Part shown: one piece after another, positions 1 to 9,962 of the stretch | Position numbering within the stretch: the stretch's first letter is position 1 | How the letters are laid out: each line of letters begins with the position of its first letter | Assembly (NCBI GenBank): GCA_030390025.1 | Contig: CM059432.1 | Coordinates: 139,750,001-139,814,000 of the forward strand | Source of the DNA: Squalus acanthias | Lineage: Eukaryota | Direction: 5' to 3' | Length of the DNA stretch: 64,000 nucleotides | Notes under the pieces: generated by a model | What the model was told of the DNA's origin: nothing | What the model saw: the letters and a program-made list of their open reading frames with translations, nothing else | Database searches by the model: none | Made by a program: the position numbers and the translations under genes

Positions 1-2880
1 CTTCAGTACTATAATACAGCTATCAGAATTATTGCCAAATTGTATTTATAATCTGTATTTTAGAACTTAAGAAACAGGACGGGTTGGCTCTCCTCCTGAT
101 CAGAATAATCAACTTAATAAATAGAAATGGTGCTTGCAGGGCAGAAGGACTGCTCAGCACTCACTGATTTTGTTTCACCTTTTTTGATTCATTGCTCCCA
201 CCTTTTTTTTTCAGGTCTCTGAATGGTACCAACTGAGGAGAGGTTGGCAAACTGCCGTCAGGCATTTGCCACTGTTGCTCTTGAGCCGGCCACTAAGATG
301 TGCCAAGAGCAGCCCATTAGTTTCCCCAACCTCCGACTTGCGCTTGGTGCCGCCTTGTGGGGAGGAGCAGTAGTGTAGTGGGCCAGTGGCGCAATTCAAC
401 ATCCCATCGTTCTTTGGTGCCATGCTTTGTAGGTCCTTGTATGATTTGGAGGTAGCAGATAAGAGGTGGTAGAGACATTGGAATATACTTACAAAAGACT
501 CTGACAGCGCAGCACTTGTTACAAAAGGAATCGGGTGACCAAAAGTGCCAAAATCACAAACCTCTTGAACACCAAATAATAGTATACGTATTCCCTCTAT
601 CCTGAAGCTCAATAAGATCTGTGCTTTTCTTCCATATTGAAATATATTTAATATTAATAAAAACCACAATCTCATGGCAGGTAATATTTAATATCCATCT
701 TTAACAAAAACTCTTCTGAATTTCACACCCCTGATAAGTAATATAAAATATGTTACAAATATTATGTATGCATGCACACACCTCCTGTCAACTTTTTCCA
801 TTCTAAGTTCCTATGTCTTTGTTTATAATGGAAACTTGTCACCCTGTAATTGCATCCCCTGCCAGTGGAGGCAGTGCAGTGCCAGTAGCAGGAGGTTGGA
901 ATTAGTGTGCAATTTACATAGGCAGTTTCTATTCTCAATGTGGTCACAGAACTTTATAATGGGACAAGTTGACAGAGCTTTACAATTGGAAATATGGAAA
1001 TAAGGATAGAATGTATGACTTTAAAATGGGGACTGAATTGCGTCTCCGCTTCCTGCCCTTCAACCTTGCTTCACCCGAGAACTAGACTTGGTCAACTCCC
1101 TGTGTGCCATGCCACGGGAGATCGACTAACGTACTTCATTTTAACTTTCATTCTTGTGGCTCAATTCAACGACACCCTCATCTAGCTGGAAAGAAGAAAA
1201 TTGTAAACTTCACGAAAGGGCATCGGATCTAGCGGCAGATGCTTGAAATGCACGTTTAAATTCACGAATGTAAACACAATAACTTTCTGACAGCAGTATC
1301 TGTAAACCGTATCATTCCTAAATAATCAGTTTACATAGTCACAGCAAGCAAATGTAAGGGCGAATTCAGTTATCCTCTGCTCCAAGAGAATCCAGGTCAA
1401 AGATAAAGCTGCAAACGGTACTGATTCGCCGACCGGCAATCCCTTTGAGCAGTGCTTCCCTGGTGGGAGTGTGGAATTGGTGAATTCACGCACATTATCC
1501 CATATTAAGCTAGACTGTTTGTTTAAATTCACTTTTAAGTCAAATTTTAATGTGTGGTAGATTCTAGGTTTATGTTGGTTCAATCACCCTTTTGATCCAA
1601 GGCTTCAAAAATTGAAGCTCATTCAGAAAAATCTAGGCACGTCCACAGGAAGCAGATTGGATTGCTGCTCTCATTCTAACCTGTTACTATAGTCTGGACA
1701 CCGGGACAGCCGTTTAATATAGTACAGTCTTGCTAGATTGCCTGTGATTACATGGTTATTTCATTATTAGTGAATTTGAAAGCCTAGAACCTCCTTTTCT
1801 TTGTGGTTGGTTTAAATACATAAGGTTCTTTTCAACTTGGATTGTAACGTGTTGTGTCCGCCCCCAGGAAATGCGTTTAAACTTTTTAAATCACAAGATG
1901 CCCCAGATGGATGAGAGAAGATTTTTATTTGGTTTTTATTTACGTTTTCTGCAACCTGTGAAAGATTATATCTTTATACAACGTGCTAGATTGGATTAGG
2001 TTTTTTTTTGTGCTAGTCTGTTCCACTGAGGAAGGTTGAATGTAAACATGAAAATATAAAAGATTATTGGTGAAACCTCCAAAGGGTATACAGTTAGTGT
2101 ATATTGATCCCCTGAACTGTTTTGTACAAAAGATTTATGCTTTTGTAATTAAAGCACAAACTGATCATTCTAAAATGAGTAGAAGTCTATGTTCTTACAC
2201 ACAATAGTTATACCACATGCCTGTTTGTTTTCTTGCACACTACACCGATGCGAGCATGTTGTCCGCAGTTCGGTGCTGGGTAAGTTCCTGATCTTGGGAA
2301 GAGGGGAGGCAGTGAGTGAAATGGAGAGGCAATCTATTAACAGTCAGTATGGCCACCTGAAGAATTCAAACAAACTGTGCTAATGACTGTACAAAAATAA
2401 AAGATATTTTGATACTGTGAACTACAAGAGGCTAAACTGCTAGCTCGTCTATCGTTCGGACATCCTCGACCCAGCCACTTCCGATGGTTTAGTGGCTAAG
2501 AATGGGGCAAACAGCTCTGAGGTTGCAGGTAAATCCTTGCTTGTGGGCACAGCTCACTTGTGGTCCCAATACTGTTGTAAGCTGCAGTATCCTACCACCA
2601 AACCCAAAAGAGCATTACTCCCGCATCATTTCCCTTTCTCTGCCCACCTCACTGAGTTGAAGTTTGGGTTGTTTTGTGCTGTGAGCCTAAACTTACTAGA
2701 GTGAAATGGATCAGTGATATAGCAGAAAAGGCCAGATTCTGAAGCCAGAGCACCAGCCAGTCCCGATTTATGTTTTGAAACCTCTTGGCGGATCAGCTTC
2801 CCCCCAATGGCTCGATTGGGTTTATCCATTTCGAAGCAGAAATCAAAATGTCTTGAATGAAGGACCTGACGGGAAAACTG

Positions 2881-3011
2881 GGGGTAATTTTAATCTAATG
2901 CGCCTGGCAGGGAACAGGGGTGGGATCGGCTGCCCGTTTACACCCTGCGGTCAATGGAAAGTCAAATTGGGCGGTTGATCTGATCCGTCAAGTTAGGTTA
3001 CAAATGGCGCC
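2881..3011. mobile_element. Small degenerate MITE, 131 bp
   Basis: GGGGTAATTTTAATCTAA vs rc GGCGCCATTTGTAACCTAA; CTG on both flanks. Confidence 0.45.
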
Positions 3012-3025
3012 CTGTATTTTATATA

Positions 3026-3419
3026 CTGTGGATGCTGGAAATCTGAAATTTAAAACAGAAAATACTCAGCGGGTCAGGCAGCATCTGTGGAGAGAGAGAA
3101 ACGAGAGTTAACAATTCCGGTCAATGACCTTTCGTCAGAACTGGAAAATGTTAGAGATGCAACAGATTTTAAGCAAGTACAGGGGCAGGGAAAGTGGGGA
3201 GGGGAGGAAAGAACAAAAGGGAAGGTCTGTGATAGGGTGGAAGGCGGGAGTGATTTAAATGAAAAAAGGGATGATGGTGCAGGGCACAGAGGATGGTAAT
3301 GGAACAAGCAAAGAAACAAAAGATGGGTCGAGAGGAGGTGTAAATGGCAACAGCAGAATCATTACCAACAGCTGCTGTCTGGGGGAAAAATAGGGGCAGT
3401 GGTTATGATCTGAAATTGA
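3026..3419 (-). mobile_element. Penelope-like 3' end with degenerate hammerhead (3106-3142)
   Basis: Reverse-complement homologue of 24890-25310; 13-bp TSD TGTATTTTATATA at 3013-3025 and 3420-3432; core GAAA mutated to GAAT. Confidence 0.85.
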
Positions 3420-4335
3420 TGTATTTTATATATCCTTTCAGGAGAAGGGAAGGGCTTGTGTTTCATTTCTCAAGACAGTGAGATGGTTAAAGACTAACAT
3501 TTGGATTCAAACACAACTTAACATTACGTGGGAGTTATTTAAACAATACATGATGTTTACTTGCGGTGAAGTCAGTACAGAACTTAATGCTGGAGCAAAG
3601 TCTTTGAAACTACACGCTTCCCGCAGAGGAGCAGCTGGGATGGGAGTGGTGGTGAGGTATTACCATGAGCTGAATAAATATAATGAGCTGACGGTCATTT
3701 TTTTTTCCCTGGGCTGAGTTTTGGTTTGCTGAATAAAGAGAAGGGGAGCTGATCAGTTTGAGGTGTTTGGCCGTGCAATTTCTCTAAATGTTCTCCAAAA
3801 GCAAGAATCGCAGAGCTTTAAAAACAGGTTTTTAAAATTACAGAATCACCATATCGTGCACAGTTAAGTATTGTTCTTGCTAGGTTCTACTGCCTGTTTT
3901 GGTGTGAACACCAATAAAAGCATTGGGAGAAAGCCCAAACTGTAACAATAACCATTAACCCTTGATTAAAAGGATGAATAAATCTTGGGATAACTACGGA
4001 CCTATGTAGCTACAGAACACCAAATCCCAGGAAGTGATCATGATCGATGCATAGCTGCCCCCGCGCAGCTTAGGGGAAACTTTGCACCCATCGTACCTTA
4101 ACTCAAATGCCCCAATCTTCTTGTTTCGAGACTTAAGCTCCAATTATCACTCATTAAATGCAATATAACAGTAGAAATTACTGTTGACAATGTAATCATA
4201 TGAACACTTATGGCTAGCTTTTATGGCTCAAGGTCTGAAGCTAAAGCCAAGTACCACAATTTAATTAGAAGGACCAGCGATCAATGCATCTGAGGTTGAA
4301 GCGACTGATTTGATTCAGTCACTCTCCAGATACAT

Positions 4336-5065
4336 TGGCCTGGAATTTGTGGTCACCGGTGAAGCGATGGCGCTCTCTGCCAACCTCAAAGAAAGCTGCC
4401 CACAAAGATCTAGCGATTTCTGTGGGCTGAAATTCAGCGCTCCCAACCTCAGTTTGAATCTGGCGCCAAATCAAGCGAATCCTAAGCGTCCAGCAGCCGT
4501 GATGACATCAAGCTGGCTAAGCAGCCAATCACAGTGAAGAATTCTCACAGACAGCAAACCAGGAAGTAAAATGAACAGATTCTAATTTACTTTTTATAAA
4601 TTTTACAGAGAGCGAAATAAAGATTAAGGTAGAAGCTGAAATATTATAAACAACTTTTTTTTTAATTATTGGTTTAAAAACAGTGTAATTCTGAATCATC
4701 ATAATGGAAAAATTTGACATTCCACAAATATAAAATTAGTTTATCAGGGCCAGAACATGTTCAGTCAGTACGCCATTAAGTACCCAGTTACACCTCTTTC
4801 AACAAGGCTTAACGTGTTAGGGTTTTTTTTAACAGCGATATTGCAGTGTAATAGGGGAGGTTTTTGTCCTCTTCGACTGATTGCCGGCTCTGGGGAGTTC
4901 CACAGCGCAACCTGTGGCAGAGCAGGGAATGACTGACTGCAACTTCCAAGATTTCTGCATTTATCTGCGCATGTGCTAAATCCTGAAGTTGTGGTCAGTT
5001 TCAGAGGGGTAATGCCAGTAAACGGCGACAGTTTCGCCGTCATTCCGACCGCAAAATCCGGGTCC
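4336..5065. mobile_element. About 730-bp MITE related to 47791-48543
   Basis: Imperfect TIR TGGCCTGGAATTTGTGGTC vs rc GGACCCGGATTTTGCGGTC (14/19); shared AAACCAGGAAG and GCAACTTCC..GCGCATGTGC blocks. Confidence 0.65.
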
Positions 5066-5097
5066 TTTTCTTGTGCCTATCGCAAAGGACCAATTTT

Positions 5098-5650
5098 TTT
5101 TATTCGTTCATGGGATGTGGGCGCCACTGGCAAGGCCAGCATTTATTGCCCATCCCTAATTGCCCTTGAGAAGGTGGTGGTGAGCTGCCTTCTTGAACCG
5201 CTGCAGTCCGTGTGGTGAAGGTACTCCCACAGTGCTGGTGCCGTTGTCGTGTCCGTAGCCGAGGTCGATGCCGGGTGGTCCGTCCGGTTTTAGTCTTATT
5301 GTTTTTCGTAGCGGTTTTTTACAACTGAGTGGCTTGCTTGGCCATTTCAGAGGGCAGTTAAGAGTCAACCACATAGCTGTGGCTGTGGAGTCACATATAG
5401 GCCAGACCAGGTAAGGACGGCAGATTTCCTTCCCTAGAGGACATTAATGAACCAGCTGGGCTTTTACGACAATCCGATAATTTCATGGTCACCATTACTG
5501 ATACTAGCTTTTTATTCCAGATTTATTTAATTCACTGAACTTAAATTCCCCAGCGCTGCCTGTGGTGGGATTTGAACTCACAGTTCCAGATCATTAGTTC
5601 AGGCCTACTGGATTACTAGTCCAGTGACATAACCACTATGCTACCGTTCC
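5098..5650 (-). mobile_element. tRNA-derived SINE with tail from the second LINE family; partial copy at 8072-8300 (+)
   Basis: Head GGTAGCATAGTGG (A box) and GAGTTCAAATCC (B box); central domain shared with 8072-8300; 3' ~130 bp match the end of 59763-60405. Confidence 0.75.
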
Positions 5651-6342
5651 TCTAAACAAGCCCACTGACGAGCCTATATTTTCCTTTAATCCAAAGCTTA
5701 AAGGGCGGAGAATCTGGGAGCTAGTACGCCCTGGGTCAATAATAAACCTTTTACGGTGCTAACAATTAGTGAGACGCCTTTTTGACAGACAGTACATCTC
5801 GTGCTGCAAACCATGAATTAGGTTTATTAAGAAGTAAAAGTAAACCTGAACCAAGAGCAAACATGCCAGGTTCGGCCTTTCCAACGACACCCATATCCTG
5901 AGAATCAATTTAAAAAAAAATTCCATGTAATCTGTCAGTGTCGCTTTCGAACCTCTTTCCAAGGCTCCGCCTCTAGCTCAGAGCCTCTCTGTGCGGGTTG
6001 GAATATTGAGCACTCGTCCTCGCTCAGCCCAATTTTGCAAGACACAATTTGGGGGGCGGGCGGGCAGGGGGAATAAAGGATACACAGATAAAGCAACCTC
6101 ACTTTCATATAGGTACGTTATTTCAAACAGCTTCCGCACTGAACTTAAGCAGGCTGCAGGTTATTCAATCCATTACCCCTTGTGTGAACAAAGTACACGT
6201 TGCTTTTCCTCAAATCCCACCCCCCTGCTTTTCATTCAATTCTACTAATATGCTTGTTTATCTTTCAATTTTCAATCCTGAAGAAGAGCTCTGCCTGAAA
6301 CATTATCCTGTTTTTACTCTCTACAGATGCTAATCTGATATG

Positions 6343-7068
6343 TTTTAAAATGGAGAGAGATTGGGAAATGTTGGTGTTCAGAGGGACCTGGGTGTCCTTG
6401 TGCACGAATCACAGAAAGTTAACACGCAGGCACAGCAAGCAATTAGAAAAACAAATGGTATGTCGGCCTTTATTACAAAGGGATTGAATTATAAGAGTAA
6501 AGATGTCTTACTGCAATTGTATAGGGCCCTGGTGAGACCACACCTGGAGTATTGTGTACAGTTTTGGCTCCTTACCTAAGGAAGGACATGCATGCCTTAG
6601 AGGGAGTGCAATCAAGTTCACCAGACTGATTCCTGGTATAGGGGGATTGTCCTACGAGGAGAGATTGGTAGACTAGGCCTATATTGCCTAGAGTTCAGAA
6701 GAATGAGAGATGATCTCATTGAAACATAAAATTCTTAAGGGGTTTGACAGGGTAGATGCAGGGAGGATGTTTCCCCTGGCCGCAGAATCTAGAACTAGGG
6801 GTCACAGTCTCAGGATAAGGGGTCAGCCATTTAGGACTGAGATGAGGAGAAATTTTTTTCACTCAAAAGGTTGTGAATCTTTGGAATTCTCTACCCCAGA
6901 GGGCTGTGGATGCTCAGTCGTTGAGCATATTCAAGACTGAGATCGATAGATTTTTGGATATTAAGGAAATCAAGGGATATGGGGACAGTGCGGGAAGGTG
7001 GAGTTGAGGTAGAAGATCAGCCATGATCTTATTGAATGGCGGAGCAGGCTCGAAGGGCCAAATGGTCT
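6343..7068 (+). mobile_element. CR1 3' fragment
   Basis: QRDLGVLVH..LVRPHLEYCVQFW with frameshifts, plus CR1 3'UTR. Confidence 0.9.
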
Positions 7069-7225
7069 AAAAATTATTCCAAAGCTGAATTTCATGACTT
7101 TGAGTGAGGGTCCATTAATACCTAAGGACCCAGGTTTACAGACGGTGCCACTCCTATCCGACACTCCAGAGGAAATCTGTCTTCGTTGCCTCCGCTTTAG
7201 TGCAGAGGCAGATGCTATCTGCACT

Positions 7226-7590
7226 TTAGTGCAGTACTGAGGGAGCGCTGCACTGTCGGAGATGCTGTCTTTCGGATGAGACGTTAAACCGAGGCCCTGT
7301 CTGCTCTCTCAGGTGGACGTAAAAGATCACATGGCACTATTTTGAAAAAGAGCATGGGGAGTTCTCCCCAATGTCCTGGGCCAATATCTATCCCTCAACC
7401 AACATCACAAAAACAGATTATCTGGTAATTATAACATTGCTGTTTGTGGGAGCTTGCTGTGTGCAGATTAGCTGCCACGTTTCCTACATTACAACAGTGA
7501 CTACACTTCAAAAGCTCTTCATTGGATGCAAAGTGCTTTGGAATGTCCTGAGGTTGTGAAAGGCACTATATAAATGCAAGTCTTTTCTTT
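7226..7590 (+). mobile_element. Deu-like SINE, 5'-truncated
   Basis: Homologous to 38441-38855. Confidence 0.85.
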
Positions 7591-8366
7591 TGTAAAGTAA
7601 TACTTTACAGCCACATACCTGGCTCTTGAGGGAATAATGTATCTGATTTTGTAGCCAAAATAAACACCTGCTGAGGTGAAGCCATGGATTAACCTTAGCC
7701 ACCAAAGCAACATTTACTTGCAGCTCTGTTTGAAAACTGGATTTAGATCTAGTAACAACGACAACTTGCATTTATATAGCTCCTTTAATTTAGCAAAACG
7801 CACAACCCTCCGAGATCTCGGCACTCCTCCAATTCTGGCCTCTTGCGCATCCCCGATTATAATCGCTCCACCATTGGCGGCCGTGCCTTCAGCTGCCTGG
7901 GCCCTAAGCTCTGGAATTCCCTCCCTAAACCTCTCCACCTCTCCAGCTCTCTCTCCTCCTTTAAGACGCTCCTTAAAACCGACCTCTTTGACCAAGCTTT
8001 TGGTCACCTGTCCTAATGTGGCTTGGTGTCAAATTTTGTTTGAATACGCTCCTGTGAAGCGCCTTGGGATTTTAGTGTCGTGGTTATGTTACTGGACTAG
8101 TAATTCCAGTAGGCCTGGACTAATAATCCAGGTGGAACGTGAGTTCAAATCCTACCACGGCCGTTTGAGCATTTGAATTCAGTTTGAAAAAACCTGGAAA
8201 TAAAAAGCTGGTTATCTGTAGAAGTGACCTTGAAGCTGACGGGTTGTCGTAAAAATCCAATTGGCTCATTAATGTCCTTCAGGAAAGGAGACCTGCCATT
8301 TGGGAGGACGCTCATGTGGAGCATGGACCTATTGGGCCGAATGGCCTGTTTCTGTGCTGTAGATAT

Positions 8367-8635
8367 GGTCCAGATTTTAATTCCATGGTGGATTTCCCCG
8401 CTCAGGCCTGAGTTAAAATTACAGTCGGGTCTCAATGATGTCATCGGGCCGCAACATGTATTTGTAAAGAAGGACCCTGTTGGCTCCGGGCGTGTGTCCT
8501 TGCTGCCTGCTCAGGAGAGCAGGTTAAAATTGCAGATGTTGCCATCATGGCGGCTTTCGGACAGGTAAGAGCCAGGGCGATTTTAACTGCCCACCCGCCA
8601 GGTTTCTGCTGAGCGGGTAGGGTTAAAATTGCCCC
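8367..8635. mobile_element. 270-bp MITE, copy of 35417-35686
   Basis: Full-length alignment to 35417-35686; flanks TAT/TAA; sits right after a CR1 tail. Confidence 0.75.
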
Positions 8636-8650
8636 TAAAGGTGCTATATA

Positions 8651-9110
8651 CACATAAGAAACAGGAGCAGGAGTAGGCCAATCGGCCACTCGAGCCTGCT
8701 CTGCCATTGAATAAGATCATGGCTGATCCAATCTTGGCCTCAACGCCACTTTCCCGCTCTCTCCCCATATCCCTTAACTCCCTTGTAGTTCAAATGTCTG
8801 TCTATCTCCGCCTTGAATATATTCAATGACCCAGCCTCCACAGCTCTCTGGGGTAGAGAATTCCAAAGATTCACGACCCTCTGAGAGAAGAAATTCCGCC
8901 TCATCTCTGTCTTAAATGGGCGACCCCTTATTCTGAAACTATGCCCCCTAGTTCTAGACTCCCCCAGCAGGGGAAACATCCTCTCAGCATCTACCCTGTC
9001 AATCCCCCTCAGAATCTTATATGTTTCAATAAGATCACCTCTCATTCTTCTAAACTCCAATGAGTATAGGCCCAACCTGCTCAACCTTTCCTCATACTTC
9101 ATCCCAGGAA
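8651..9110 (-). mobile_element. CR1 3' fragment
   Basis: YEERLSRLGLYSLEFRRMRGDLIE..FFSQRVVNLWNSLP plus 3'UTR. Confidence 0.9.
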
Positions 9111-9962
9111 TGCAAGTTGTTGTTGCTGTTATCAGGCATTCTCTGGTCAAAATGCTGGGTAATCTCTGGCGTTTCCAGGCCTGTTGCCAGTTCTTGAACC
9201 ATTGGCCATATTGTGCATGTGTGACTCAGGGTGAATCACTGTTTGATTTTTCCCCCCCCTACTCTTCCTGTAGGAAGCCTTTGTTTGGTGTTTCTCCCCG
9301 AGAGAACTGTCGAGATGTCCAATGTGGGCGGATTAATAGGCAGGAGCCTCTGTAACTGCCGGGTGCTTTGTCTGATTTGCTGTTTTCTGTGACGACATCC
9401 TGTTTTTCATTAAACCTCATTGCAACAGATATTTGCTCTCCTGCTTAGCTATTTCTTGGCTTGTGCTATGAGAGAATAGAAAGCTTCTAAAGAAGTTAGA
9501 GGTAACATGATAACGTTCTCATGGTCGAAGGTTGTTTTTGTGACTGGAAGCCTGTGTCCAGTGGTGTACCGCAGGGATCGGTGCTGGGTCCTTTGCTGTT
9601 TGTAGTGTACATTAATGATTTAGATATGAATGTAGGAGGTATGATCAGTAAGTTCGCAGATGACATGAAAATTGGTGGGGTGGTAAATAGCGAGGAGGGA
9701 AGCCTCAGGCTACAGGACGATATAGACAGGATGGTTAGATGGACAGAACAGTGGCAAATGGAATTTAACCCTGAAAAGTGTGAGGTGATGCATTTTGGGA
9801 GGACTAACAAGGCAAGGGAATACACAATGAATGATAGGACCCTAGGAAGGACAGAGGATCAGAGGGACCTTGGTGTGCATGTACATAGATCCCTGAAGGC
9901 AGCAGGACAGGTAGATAAGGTGGTTAAAAAGGCATATGGGATACTTGCCTTCATTAGCCGAG

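Noticed and set aside
211..675. 154-aa minus-strand ORF
   Set aside because: No domain similarity; the region looks like non-coding sequence.
3106..3142. Functional hammerhead (also about 22723-22760)
   Set aside because: Catalytic core is mutated (GAAA to GAAT; CUGANGA lost in the second).
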